64,000 nt of DNA, taken from positions 64,701 to 128,700 of the forward strand of contig QKEV01000003.1 of the NCBI GenBank assembly GCA_003252295.1, written 5' to 3'. Position numbers and translations under genes: made by a program. This stretch comes from a bacterium. Its GTDB lineage: Bacteria > Patescibacteriota > Minisyncoccia > Phycocordibacterales > UBA12088. Below are positions 46,414-56,203 of this stretch, one piece after another. Below the pieces are notes generated by a model. It worked only from the letters and a program-made list of their open reading frames with translations, searched no databases and had not been told where the DNA came from. Numbering within the stretch: the first letter of the stretch is position 1; every line of letters begins with the position of its first letter.

Positions 46414-46445
46414 AAAACCCTCCAAGACTTGGAGGGTTTTGTTTA
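46414..46445. terminator. Bidirectional terminator between convergent genes
   Basis: aaaaccctccaag-a-cttggagggtttt, flanked by A-run and T-run. Confidence 0.7.
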
Positions 46446-46454
46446 ATAACTTTA

Positions 46455-47750
46455 TTACTTTGCAACAAACGTCAGCGCCTTACCTTTCTTGTCGCTTCTG
46501 CCGGTGCGCCCGATGCGGTGTACGTAATCCTCAAATGAGGTAGGAAGGTCGTAGTTGATTACATGAGACACGTTATCAACATGAATACCACGAGCGGCTA
46601 CATCGGTTGCCACGAGCACTCGTGCATTTCCACTCTTGAACTTAGCAAGAGCACGTTGTCGCTGACCATGTGTCTTGTTGCCATGAATAGCTTCTGATGC
46701 AATACCTCGTCTGTTGAGGTCTTCAGAAAGCTTCTGCACCTTGTGCTTCATTGCACCAAACACGATCACGCGCCTCAATGTTGTGTCATCAAACAGTGAT
46801 ACGAGTGTTTCAAGTTTACTGTCGTCACGGTAGCGTACCACGTCCTGCTCAATGCTATTAGTAACATCCTTTTTCTTTACTGAAACCTCTATTGGATTCT
46901 GTAGGAATTCAGTTACCAAGTCTTTCGTATTTTTATCGATGGTTGCAGAAAAGAAATGTGTTTCTCTGTCACGAGGTGTTGCCTTTAGGATAGAACGTAT
47001 GTCGTGAATGAATCCCATGTCGAGCATGCGGTCTGCCTCGTCAAGAACTACTGCTGAAAGGTCAGTAGTAGTGAAATGCTTCTGTCGTATGAGGTCAAGA
47101 ACACGGCCTGGAGTACCAATGATAAAGTGGTTCCTGTTTCGGAGCTTCTTTATCTGTGGTCCGATACCGGTTCCGCCTACGCAGACAACTGAATACACTT
47201 TCATACCTTTGGTAAGCTTGTGTAGCTCATTTTCTATCTGTATCGCAAGTTCACGAGTTGGAGCAAGAATGAGTGTCTGTCGCCATGAGTCCTTGAGTGT
47301 CTTGTGTATGAGTGGAAGAAGGAATGCTGCTGTTTTACCGGTACCTGTTTCAGCTAGACCAATAACATCATTTCCTTCGAGGATAACCGGTATAACCTTG
47401 TCCTGTATTGGTGAAGGGATAGAGAAGCCCATATCGAGTACTGTATGTACCAGGCGTGGATCTAGACCAAATGTCGTAAAGTCATTTTGAGGGGTATAGT
47501 GTTCCTCTTTGGCTTCAACAGGGTTTTTGTTGATAAACTGTGACGGGTCAAAGGTTGGTAACCTTCTCTTGTTGCCATTTCCATGACGTCTTCCACCGAA
47601 GTGGCTCCTACCACCACGTCTTTTTTGATCCCCTTGTACAGGTGAATTACCCCCTTGGAAACGTCGCCTTCGGGAATTACTCTTGGGCGTGAATTTTTTA
47701 CGGTTCACAGCACCACTACTTCGACTACGTCGATTTGTTTTAGTTTGCAT
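46455..47750 (-). CDS. DEAD-box ATP-dependent RNA helicase with Arg/Gly-rich C-terminal tail
   Basis: Q-motif region, Walker A AETGTGKTAAF, DEAD box VLDEADRMLDMGF, SAT, motif VI HRIGRTGR, and an RGG/RRS-rich C-terminus. Confidence 0.85.
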   Translation of the reverse strand: MQTKTNRRSRSSGAVNRKKFTPKSNSRRRRFQGGNSPVQGDQKRRGGRSHFGGRRHGNGNKRRLPTFDPSQFINKNPVEAKEEHYTPQNDFTTFGLDPRLVHTVLDMGFSIPSPIQDKVIPVILEGNDVIGLAETGTGKTAAFLLPLIHKTLKDSWRQTLILAPTRELAIQIENELHKLTKGMKVYSVVCVGGTGIGPQIKKLRNRNHFIIGTPGRVLDLIRQKHFTTTDLSAVVLDEADRMLDMGFIHDIRSILKATPRDRETHFFSATIDKNTKDLVTEFLQNPIEVSVKKKDVTNSIEQDVVRYRDDSKLETLVSLFDDTTLRRVIVFGAMKHKVQKLSEDLNRRGIASEAIHGNKTHGQRQRALAKFKSGNARVLVATDVAARGIHVDNVSHVINYDLPTSFEDYVHRIGRTGRSDKKGKALTFVAK

Positions 47751-47977
47751 TATTAGTTTGTTAGTGAGGCGCGCTCTATTTTTTTTGCGTCTCGAGCTGT
47801 GCGGAAAGTAATCAGAAAAAAGACATCAGGTCAGAATCTGCAGCTCAAGCCCCACACGAGTATCTATAAGCTTATGCAGATAATACTATATAAATAAACA
47901 TGTGTCAAATATAGTTACATGTGGTTATATTTTGTGATTTACCAGTTTACAAAAATACCCACTATGTTATAAAGGAT

Positions 47978-48168
47978 GCGCCAGTCTTGTAAGATTATAT
48001 TTTCTTTCGATGAGACTGGCATGTTCTTTGTTGGTCCCCCCTACCAGCAGAATGCTGGCTGGTTTTATCGGAATTTAATATTCTGAGGACTGCACTCCGC
48101 TCGCGACCCCTGTTTACAGGGGTCGTATTTTTTAGCACCCAAACCAAGGACTGGTTCGGGTGCTTTTG
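47978..48168 (+). ncRNA. Candidate small RNA with extended -10 promoter and two tandem intrinsic terminators
   Basis: TTTACA (47946-47951), 15 nt, then TGtTATAAA (47964-47972). The transcript has hairpins gccagtct...agactggc and ccagc-agaat-gctgg. It ends with gacccctg-ttta-caggggtc plus T9, then gcacccaaacc-aaggact-ggttcgggtgc plus ttttg. Both flanking protein genes are on the minus strand. Confidence 0.4.
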
Positions 48169-48483
48169 CTAGCGATACTTTTGAACATAGTCCAGTACTG
48201 TCATATAGATTTTGTGGGATAGACCTTCCATATGCATGGCACAAAGATGTTTAATCTCTTCTTCTGACAGTGCTGCCTTGAGTAGGGCACCAGCAACGGC
48301 TGCTACAGCGCATTCCTCAAGGGTACCGAGTGTTGATGTTTCTGTGATTCCTGCACTTTCGATTGGCTGCTGTTTGGCAAGGGTCGTTCTCTTTCTGACC
48401 TGTGAAGCTTGAGTACCTCCAATATGCGGATCTTTAATAAAATTGCTTTCACCTGGAGGGATTGGTTTTGTTGTAAACTGCAT
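48169..48483 (-). CDS. Hypothetical protein (104 aa)
   Basis: ORF only; basic N-terminus and helical C-terminus. Confidence 0.35.
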   Translation of the reverse strand: MQFTTKPIPPGESNFIKDPHIGGTQASQVRKRTTLAKQQPIESAGITETSTLGTLEECAVAAVAGALLKAALSEEEIKHLCAMHMEGLSHKIYMTVLDYVQKYR

Positions 48484-48652
48484 TGTTGCCTCCTATGTTT
48501 ATTTTTTATTGTTCCACCTATTCTTTACGGTACTGTATTTTTATAGAAAGTCAATAGTATACATTGACAAAACACTAAAAAATGATATAATATAAAGTAG
48601 GAAATTTAAGGACTTTTATATATAACTTTTTACTTAAGAATGGAGGTTTGGT

Positions 48653-49336
48653 ATGGAGTATCAAACACTGCAGTACCTTGTATACATGTTTGTTGGACTA
48701 AGTATAGTCCTGATGATTCTCGGTATAGTATTTCTTTCACAAAGGGTAACGTTGACTCAGAAGGCAGAGATGTATTTTGATGAAGTGCTTATTTTAAGAA
48801 AGGAATTAGGAACTCTTCAGATGAAATATAATGAAGCACTCCTTCTTGGAACGACAAATGAGCTTACAAAGCTGCCTAATAAGAGTGGAATGGAAAGTAT
48901 AACAAGACCACTCTTTGGTATGCTGCATCGGGAAGAACTTGAGTGCCTGAGCATTGTTGCTATAGACCTCAAGGGACTAAAGTGGGTCAATGATAACATT
49001 GGCCACAATGATGGTGATCGGTACATTTGTGCCGCTGCTGAAGTGTTACAAAACACTATTCGTGAAGCGGATGTCGTTGGTCATCATTCTGGCGACGAGT
49101 TTGTTATTGTATTCACTGATACCGTTCGTGAAGGTATAGAGGTATTCATGGAGCGGGCACTTAAAAACCTCACCTCTCTTGAATTAGGTTTTCCAGAAGA
49201 GGTACAGGTTGGTTTCCGCTACGGAATTGCGACAGCGATGACGGGTGATGCAGATAGAAGGACTTACTGGTCTCTCTATGGACTTGCTGATGATGAGTGC
49301 AATGAAGTACGGAAGCGAGAGGGTAGCTCTCGTTAA
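48653..49336 (+). CDS. GGDEF-domain protein (diguanylate cyclase-like) with N-terminal TM/coiled-coil and variant SGDEF motif
   Basis: ...VAIDLKGLKWVNDNIGHNDGDRYI...ADVVGHHSGDEFVIVF is a GGDEF domain with Ser at the first Gly position. Confidence 0.65.
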   Translation: MEYQTLQYLVYMFVGLSIVLMILGIVFLSQRVTLTQKAEMYFDEVLILRKELGTLQMKYNEALLLGTTNELTKLPNKSGMESITRPLFGMLHREELECLSIVAIDLKGLKWVNDNIGHNDGDRYICAAAEVLQNTIREADVVGHHSGDEFVIVFTDTVREGIEVFMERALKNLTSLELGFPEEVQVGFRYGIATAMTGDADRRTYWSLYGLADDECNEVRKREGSSR

Positions 49337-49350
49337 ATTGTAAAAAGTTA

Positions 49351-49382
49351 AAAACGCTCGGAGTTTACTCCGAGCGTTTTTT
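49351..49382 (+). terminator. Rho-independent terminator
   Basis: aaaacgctcggag-ttta-ctccgagcgtttttt. Confidence 0.75.
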
Positions 49383-49474
49383 GTATATGTGGACATTTGC
49401 TGTGGTAGATGTAGAGTGGAACTAGGAGAAGTTCGTTGAGAAGAATTGTTATAAACAAGCACGAGGAGGATTGC

Positions 49475-51286
49475 ATGAGTCAGACCAAACCTAACAGAGG
49501 TACAGTGCGGAAACGTAAACAAAACGGTGAAAATAACGTTACCAATTTCAAAGGTACAAAAGGAGAATCACCTGTCGCCTCAACTGGAATTGAAGTCGCA
49601 GAACGTGTTGCACAAAACAAGAAAGCAAAACTGGATCAGTTTCCAGCAAAAGAATTTACCGCTGATACAAATGTTCCTGTGTCATTTGCAGGTGCACTCT
49701 TGAGTTTTGTTGAACATGATGTGCGTATGCCATGGCATGTGCTTTTAGAGCTCGACAAGTTTAAAGTAGGACTTAAAACAGAGAACATGCTTACACGCAT
49801 GGCAATCAATCTCATGTTGAGACTTGTTGAAGGTGTACGTATGGATGTTATCCATGAGGGTATACCACTCATCGAACCTGGAACAAAAGCACCAAAGAAC
49901 AGAAAGGTTGGTAAGCTGTTTTTCAATGTACCAACACAGGAGGAATTTTTGCAGGGTGAATTTGATGGATCTGATCATCCAGATCTTATTATCTTGAGAG
50001 AGTTTATAAAAAATAGAAATACTCAGCTCAAGAAAAAGTCAAACGGGAGTAAAGAGAAACCTCGAAAGAAAAATGATTTCATCTTTATTTCACGAGACAA
50101 GATGGCACGACTATTCGCTCTCCTACTTGGGATACCAGCGCAGGATTTTCGAAGAGTGTCACTCGATGAAAAGAAAGTGCTCACGGACAGATTGCACTAC
50201 TTTCCAAACAGTTTTTGGAACAACTGCATGGAAGAAATTCCTGATAGGAGTGCCACCGGAAATGCTCAAAAGAGTATTCGTGTTTTTAAGAACAGAGCGT
50301 TTCGCGGTATCAATGTGAATGAGTTCATCGTACTGGCTGGTGATGCTGGTTCTCCTGAGCGACACTTTCGAGTAATTAAAAAAGTGTCACCGGAGGTTGT
50401 ACATTTGCGTGAGCTTAAGGATTACAGGAAGAAAAGTAACGCACTTAGGGGTGTTGTTGCTTGGAATGAGGCGCAGAACAGGGGTATTGACGTGCTCTTT
50501 GATCCTGATGTGCCTGTGGTGTTGCTCTATGGTGACGTGGGTACCTCAAAAACGTTTCTTGCGGAATTAGCTGGCTACTATCAAATGATGCAATTTAACA
50601 GGTATCGGAGTATTGTTGCTGCTCGTGTTCCAGTTCCTGTTGGCAAAAAAGAACTTGCAGAGGTTCCTGGTGGTGTTGAGGAGAAAATGCGTCCGTGGCT
50701 TCAAGGTTTCTATGACAATATGACAATACTGGCGCACTACTTTACGCGTGACATGTTTCCAGAGGCGACATCAAAGAAACCGATGCCGTTTGAGGAGCTG
50801 ATACAAAGTCTCACCGGTAACACCAATAAACAAAAAGGAAAAAAGGGAGGCGCTAAAAACGGCAGCGAAAACAAGGATGTGAGTATTGACTATGATCTGT
50901 GTTTTGGTGCGATACAGGGGTGGATGAAAGGTAGGTCTGAAGTGGTACACCCATCAACCATTCGGAGTGCTTCGTTCTTTGACCAGTATGTAATCTTGGA
51001 TGAAGCGCAAGATGCACGACGTGATGTTTTGAAAGCTTTCCTTACTCGATTTGGTAAAGGTTTTGAGGAAGTACTGGATAGAGATGGAAAGGTGTTGCAT
51101 GAAGCAACTCGACCAAAACTTGTCATAACAGGTAGTGTGCAACAGATCGATAATCACATTGCTGATGGTGATTCAGCTTTCGCACGTCTCATTGCTGACT
51201 CTGTTGGTCAGGAAAGTGTTGCGCAGGTTATGCTTACCGAATGTACTCGAGATCCAGTTGTAAAGTTCTTCAATAAAATTTTATAA
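49475..51286 (+). CDS. PhoH-family ATPase with N-terminal PIN-like domain (YlaK-like)
   Basis: PIN-like acidic motif ADTNVPVSF...; P-loop LLYGDVGTSKTFLAELAG; Walker B/DEAQ VILDEAQDA. The product is long because of inserts. Confidence 0.6.
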   Translation: MSQTKPNRGTVRKRKQNGENNVTNFKGTKGESPVASTGIEVAERVAQNKKAKLDQFPAKEFTADTNVPVSFAGALLSFVEHDVRMPWHVLLELDKFKVGLKTENMLTRMAINLMLRLVEGVRMDVIHEGIPLIEPGTKAPKNRKVGKLFFNVPTQEEFLQGEFDGSDHPDLIILREFIKNRNTQLKKKSNGSKEKPRKKNDFIFISRDKMARLFALLLGIPAQDFRRVSLDEKKVLTDRLHYFPNSFWNNCMEEIPDRSATGNAQKSIRVFKNRAFRGINVNEFIVLAGDAGSPERHFRVIKKVSPEVVHLRELKDYRKKSNALRGVVAWNEAQNRGIDVLFDPDVPVVLLYGDVGTSKTFLAELAGYYQMMQFNRYRSIVAARVPVPVGKKELAEVPGGVEEKMRPWLQGFYDNMTILAHYFTRDMFPEATSKKPMPFEELIQSLTGNTNKQKGKKGGAKNGSENKDVSIDYDLCFGAIQGWMKGRSEVVHPSTIRSASFFDQYVILDEAQDARRDVLKAFLTRFGKGFEEVLDRDGKVLHEATRPKLVITGSVQQIDNHIADGDSAFARLIADSVGQESVAQVMLTECTRDPVVKFFNKIL

Positions 51287-51390
51287 TTTTTTTTAAAAGG
51301 TCGCACAGCATGTTTGTGCGGCCTTTTGTAGTGGCTAAGTGTGCTATCTGTGCTACAGTTTAGGTACTACAAGTTCTAATATAAAAACGT

Positions 51391-52620
51391 ATGGAAGTGC
51401 AGCAACTCGAAACCTTTGTCATCGAAAAGGTGCGCTCAGGCACCAGTAAGGGTGACATAAAAGAGCAGCTTCTGGCGGTGGGGTGGTCAGAAGATGAAGC
51501 AGATGAGGCGTACGCTCGTGCGCTCATAAAGAGTGGTGTGCCGATACCAAATGAAGGTACACGAGGGATGTACACCAAGAAGTCGAGTGTCCTTGAGGTG
51601 ATACTCAACCTCTTTTCTTTTATCCTACTTGGTGTTGTGGTGACGGCGCTTGGTATGTTGTTCTTTAACATCATCAGCTACTTCTTCCCGGTAAGTGAAC
51701 AAGTCTACAACTTGTCACTGGTGCAAGCCATGCGCGATGCGATTCACTACGCAACAGCAGCGCTCATTATTGGATTCCCACTCTACTACATGTCTATGCA
51801 GTTGTGGTTTCGTAAGTTTGATGAGGATGAGGGCAAGGTGGAGTCAAAGCTGACGAGGTGGATCACGTACCTCGTACTTCTTGTTGCGGCGGTTACCATG
51901 GTGGGTGACCTTATTGCAGTGCTCTATACCTTCTTACAAGGTGAAGCAACGGTACGGTTTTTCCTTAAGGGAATCACTCTTTTCTCTCTTGCTGGTGCGG
52001 TCTTCGGTTTCTATCTTTTAGAGCGAAAACGAGTGCAGTATCACAAGGAGGTGTCGTTGCGAGTATTCAAATCGTACGCAGGGACGCTCATGGGTGTCAT
52101 AGTTGTCGGTATCACGTTCGGCTTCATGGCGGCGGGAACACCTGATACAGAGCGAGTGCGTGCGTTTGACGCACAGCGCTCGAGTGATCTTGAGTCGACA
52201 GCCCAGTGTGTTGCCGCATACACAGAAAAATTTGAAGCTCTGCCAGAACAGTTGAGCGACCTCCGACGTTCGAGTGACTTCTCCTACTGTGACAGTTTGT
52301 ATGATCCTGAAACAGGGATGCCGTATGAGTATAGAATTACTACCCCACTTACTATTGGTGAGAATGGTTTAGCGACAGGAGAGTTTGAGCTCTGTGCAAA
52401 CTTTGCACTTGCAACTATCTCAGACACCTACACCGGTGCTTCGCGCCAAGCAGGTGCAACTTCAGTTAAGATCGGTTACTCCATGGACACGGTGTCGGTA
52501 AAATGGTATACCCATACAGCTGGCAGGTATTGCAATTTTGAGAGTGTGAGCTTTAAAGCGAGGGATGTAGGAGTTAACACAGTAACATCCACAGCAGTAC
52601 CAGTCCCGGTTGGAGAATAA
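51391..52620 (+). CDS. Hypothetical polytopic membrane protein with extracytoplasmic C-terminal domain
   Basis: Soluble N-terminal ~60 aa, about 6 TM helices, then a ~150-aa C-terminal domain with 4 Cys. Confidence 0.45.
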   Translation: MEVQQLETFVIEKVRSGTSKGDIKEQLLAVGWSEDEADEAYARALIKSGVPIPNEGTRGMYTKKSSVLEVILNLFSFILLGVVVTALGMLFFNIISYFFPVSEQVYNLSLVQAMRDAIHYATAALIIGFPLYYMSMQLWFRKFDEDEGKVESKLTRWITYLVLLVAAVTMVGDLIAVLYTFLQGEATVRFFLKGITLFSLAGAVFGFYLLERKRVQYHKEVSLRVFKSYAGTLMGVIVVGITFGFMAAGTPDTERVRAFDAQRSSDLESTAQCVAAYTEKFEALPEQLSDLRRSSDFSYCDSLYDPETGMPYEYRITTPLTIGENGLATGEFELCANFALATISDTYTGASRQAGATSVKIGYSMDTVSVKWYTHTAGRYCNFESVSFKARDVGVNTVTSTAVPVPVGE

Positions 52621-52637
52621 ACTGAAAGTAAAACAAT

Positions 52638-53375
52638 ATGAAGAAACAAGAGAACGCTTACATTTATGGTAAGCATGCTATTTCTGAAGCGCTCAAACGT
52701 GCGCCGCAAGCGTTGCGTCACATGTACTTTGTTGGGAAGACCAACCAAGACGTAATGGAGAAGACCCAGGCGCTTGGTATACCGTATGACAATTGTGATG
52801 AAAACCATTTACCACAAGGTGTCGATCGTGATGCAAACCATCAAGGTCTCATTGCACTTGTAACACCAAAAAAGATCTTGCAGGAGTACAAACCGTTCAT
52901 TGAGAGTTTAGAGGTGACTGATGGCACTGGTTTAGTCCTTTTAAACGAGCTTACTGATCCGCATAATGTTGGTGCTATTATTCGAAGTGCAGCAGCGTTT
53001 GGCATTAAGGGAGTACTCATACCTGAGTACCGTCAAGCACCAATTACCGGTACAGTTGTGAAAGTTTCAGCAGGTATGGCATTTGCACTACCACTTGTGT
53101 CTATTGGGAACACCAACACGGTACTACGTGATTTAAAGGATAGGGGGTTCTGGGTGTACGGTCTTACCGGAGAGGGGGACACTTCAATCACTGATGAGCA
53201 GTTTACAAAACCATCAGTATTCGTACTTGGTAACGAGGAGCGCGGTATGCGTGAGAAGACTGAAGAGGTGTGTGATTTTCGACTCTCTATTCCTATAGCA
53301 TCTGACGTTGAGTCACTCAACGTTGCTGCAAGCGCAGCAGTGACCTTCTATGCGTGGAAGTCACAACGAGGTTAA
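52638..53375 (+). CDS. rlmB: SpoU/TrmH-family 23S rRNA 2'-O-methyltransferase (RlmB-like)
   Basis: SPOUT motifs LVLLNELTDPHNVGAIIRSAAAFG, VFVLGNEERG and IPIASDVESLNVAASAAVTFY. Confidence 0.7.
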   Translation: MKKQENAYIYGKHAISEALKRAPQALRHMYFVGKTNQDVMEKTQALGIPYDNCDENHLPQGVDRDANHQGLIALVTPKKILQEYKPFIESLEVTDGTGLVLLNELTDPHNVGAIIRSAAAFGIKGVLIPEYRQAPITGTVVKVSAGMAFALPLVSIGNTNTVLRDLKDRGFWVYGLTGEGDTSITDEQFTKPSVFVLGNEERGMREKTEEVCDFRLSIPIASDVESLNVAASAAVTFYAWKSQRG

Positions 53376-53380
53376 CTTTT

Positions 53381-53430
53381 GGGTATATAATTCAGTATAT
53401 AATTAGGTATATAATAAATTATATACCTGC
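53381..53430. repeat. AT-rich palindrome cluster related to 17351-17403 (AGGTATATAAT-AA-ATTATATACCT)
   Basis: Shares tatataattaggtatata and the 24-nt palindrome family with the 17.35 kb locus. Confidence 0.8.
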
Positions 53431-53483
53431 GTGCTGTGTATAGTTTGTATTTTCGATATTTTTTTGATGCTATAGTGTTACAT

Positions 53484-53864
53484 ATGTTTAAGAAAATACT
53501 CACATACTTTTTTATGACACTCGGTGTCATATTCTTTATCATTCTTTGTGGTCTCGCATACATTTGGTTTGCTGACCCGTTCAATATTCGTCCACTCATA
53601 GCAACACTCACAAGTGACACTCCAACTTCTGTTTCAACAACGAGTGGGGGTAGTACCGTAGACAAGAATCCTGCACTTTCTGCACAGCAGGAGGAGGCAC
53701 TTGAGTCTATTGGTATCAATCCAGAAAATCTTCCAACTTCCATAACTCCTGAGATGCAGGCATGCTTCACAGAAAAACTTGGTGCAGCACGTGTTGCTGA
53801 GATTGTTGCAGGTGATACGCCGTCGGCGACTGAGGTGTTTACTACTCGTGAATGCTATCAGTAA
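53484..53864 (+). CDS. Hypothetical secreted/membrane-anchored protein
   Basis: MFKKILTYFFMTLGVIFFIILCGLAYIWF (TM), then a Ser/Thr-rich linker and a small 2-Cys domain. Confidence 0.4.
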   Translation: MFKKILTYFFMTLGVIFFIILCGLAYIWFADPFNIRPLIATLTSDTPTSVSTTSGGSTVDKNPALSAQQEEALESIGINPENLPTSITPEMQACFTEKLGAARVAEIVAGDTPSATEVFTTRECYQ

Positions 53865-53985
53865 GATTATTTATTTGGCGAATTTCTTCGTTACTTCAAT
53901 TACTCAAACACTCACCATACATACAATATGGTGAGTGTTTCCATTCCTTCGGACATGAACTGCACCCAAGTGTGCTCGTTCTAAA

Positions 53986-54699
53986 TTAGAGAGAAATATC
54001 AGTGAACAGTTCAGCGTGAGCAACATTCTGCAGTACTGTTGCAGGCATTTTTGAGTAGTCTGGCGTTGCGTGCAACATTGCTTCGAGTGCCTCCTTTTTT
54101 TGTATTCCTGTTGCATACACGACGGCGTGATGTATGTGGCGTAGAAAGTAGGAAAGGGTGACGGTGATACGTTCTCCATGAGGGTTTCGTTCTGGGGCAA
54201 CATTGTGTCCAACTGCACACTTGTTACTATTTAGGAACAGTCCTTCAAAAGCACTTGGGTCATCTGTCATCGGGAGTACACCTGCGGTATGTATGTCACT
54301 GCCAACACCTACGGTTGCAATGACCACACCATTTTGATGAGTAATGTGCCAGTGCTTAAGAGCGATATCAAAACGTTTTGCTGTATCAAAGAGTGATTCG
54401 TGTTCTTGTGGTCGTGGATCAATAGTTTGTATACCTTTCTCCATACATGCTCGTAGGAAAGTCGTGTTTTCTAACAATGCAAAGTTGCCCTCTTTGGTGT
54501 CAGTGCTGTAGCGTTCATCAAGAACAGAAATAGTTGTGTTTTTTGGTACGTACTTTGGATGTAGGTGGTCAACAATAGTGAGTGAGCTTCCTCCAGAGAA
54601 GAGGAGGAGTATATCCCTCTCAGCATATGTTGCTAAAAGTTGTATGAGCGCCTTAGCTGCTTCATTTGATGGATTTCCACTTGTGTGAACATTGATCAT
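53986..54699 (-). CDS. pgl: 6-phosphogluconolactonase / glucosamine-6-phosphate isomerase family protein (Pgl-like)
   Basis: LLLFSGGSSL matches the LSGGSTP signature of the NagB/Pgl fold, and the length fits. Confidence 0.6.
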   Translation of the reverse strand: MINVHTSGNPSNEAAKALIQLLATYAERDILLLFSGGSSLTIVDHLHPKYVPKNTTISVLDERYSTDTKEGNFALLENTTFLRACMEKGIQTIDPRPQEHESLFDTAKRFDIALKHWHITHQNGVVIATVGVGSDIHTAGVLPMTDDPSAFEGLFLNSNKCAVGHNVAPERNPHGERITVTLSYFLRHIHHAVVYATGIQKKEALEAMLHATPDYSKMPATVLQNVAHAELFTDISL

Positions 54700-54778
54700 G
54701 TTGTGCGATGACTATGGTATCACATCATACACAAAAAAGGGTGGGAGGAGTAGGAGGTAGCGTGTATACTATGCAAAT

Positions 54779-56164
54779 ATGGATAGCTCAAAAGCAAGTA
54801 TTCTTGGTGCATCAGTGGTTTTCGTGGTTGCTGCGTTCGTAATGGGGGTGCAGGTAGGAGAACGACGTGTTGTACCTACTGATGGAGTACCAAGAGATCT
54901 GGTCAATACTGAAGGTGATATACTCACTGCTCAAGTTGGAGCAAACACTGACGCTTTTGATTTTACACCGTACTGGAGGGTATGGAATACGCTTGAGCGA
55001 AAGTTTGCTCCGTATGGAACCACAACAGCTGTGGCAATGGATCCGGAGTCAAGGGTGTATAGTTCCATTGAAGGTTTGGTGAACAGTTACGGTGATCCCT
55101 ACACTGTTTTCATGCGTCCTCAGGTTGCTGAGAACTTTAAGATCTCAACAAAAGGGTCGCTTGAAGGAATAGGTGCAGTGATTGGTGAGTATCAAGGTGG
55201 TCTCGTTGTTGTTAGTCCACTTGTTGACTCACCTGCTGAGAAAGCTGGTCTTGTCTCTGGTGACAAGATCCTCAAGGTTGATGATGTCACAACAGAGGGA
55301 GAAACAGTAGATCAGGCAGTTGACCGAATACGAGGTGAGCGAGGGACAGAAGTGAAGCTACTCATACAGTCAGTTGATGAGGAACCAAGAGATGTATACA
55401 TTACTCGAGGTACTATTGAAATACCATCTACAGCACATACAGTCGTTGCGAAAGAAGTGCCAAAAGTAGCTGTAAGCACTGGAGATACTGAACCAGACGG
55501 TAAGGTAGAATCAGCAAGTTCAGATGGAGGAGACTCTGGAGAAGAATCCTCCTCTGCTAAGGTTTCGGAGGACAAGCCGTTTGAGACTGAGGTGAAAGAT
55601 TTTTACGTATTGCAGCTCTTTAGTTTTTCACAGACATCAATAAATGCTTTTCAACGTGAACTGGAAGATTTTAAGGAGAGTGGTTCGGACTCACTCATCA
55701 TTGACCTGCGAGGAAATCCTGGGGGATACATAGAGTCAGCAGTGCAGATAGCAAGTTGGTTCCTACATGATGGTGATGTGGTGGTACGTGAATACCATGG
55801 TCCTGAAAAGCGTGAGGTGGTGCACTATGCGCAAAACAGGAACCTTTTTGATGATGAGCTTCCAAAGGTTGCCGTACTTGTGAACAAGGGAAGTGCCTCA
55901 GCTGCTGAGATACTCGCAGGAGCCCTTCAGGAACATGGAGTAGCAACTATAGTGGGAACCAACACGTTTGGTAAAGGGTCGGTACAGGAACTTGTTAATA
56001 TTACTGATAACTTGGCACTCAAGGTTACTGTTGCTCGCTGGTACACACCAAACGGTATTTCAATCTCTCAAGGAGGTCTCACACCGGATGTGCAAGTTGA
56101 TACAAATGCGACATCGAGTGATCCATGGATCGACGCTGCGGTTGAAGCGCTCACTACTAGCTAG
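54779..56164 (+). CDS. ctpA: Carboxyl-terminal processing protease (peptidase S41) with PDZ domain
   Basis: PDZ GLVVVSPLVDSPAEKAGLVSGDKILKVDD; S41 motifs LIIDLRGNPGGY and TFGKGSVQ (Ser/Lys dyad region). Confidence 0.8.
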   Translation: MDSSKASILGASVVFVVAAFVMGVQVGERRVVPTDGVPRDLVNTEGDILTAQVGANTDAFDFTPYWRVWNTLERKFAPYGTTTAVAMDPESRVYSSIEGLVNSYGDPYTVFMRPQVAENFKISTKGSLEGIGAVIGEYQGGLVVVSPLVDSPAEKAGLVSGDKILKVDDVTTEGETVDQAVDRIRGERGTEVKLLIQSVDEEPRDVYITRGTIEIPSTAHTVVAKEVPKVAVSTGDTEPDGKVESASSDGGDSGEESSSAKVSEDKPFETEVKDFYVLQLFSFSQTSINAFQRELEDFKESGSDSLIIDLRGNPGGYIESAVQIASWFLHDGDVVVREYHGPEKREVVHYAQNRNLFDDELPKVAVLVNKGSASAAEILAGALQEHGVATIVGTNTFGKGSVQELVNITDNLALKVTVARWYTPNGISISQGGLTPDVQVDTNATSSDPWIDAAVEALTTS

Positions 56165-56203
56165 TAGGTGGCACCTTGTCTGTAAAAAGGGTACTATATC
56201 CTT

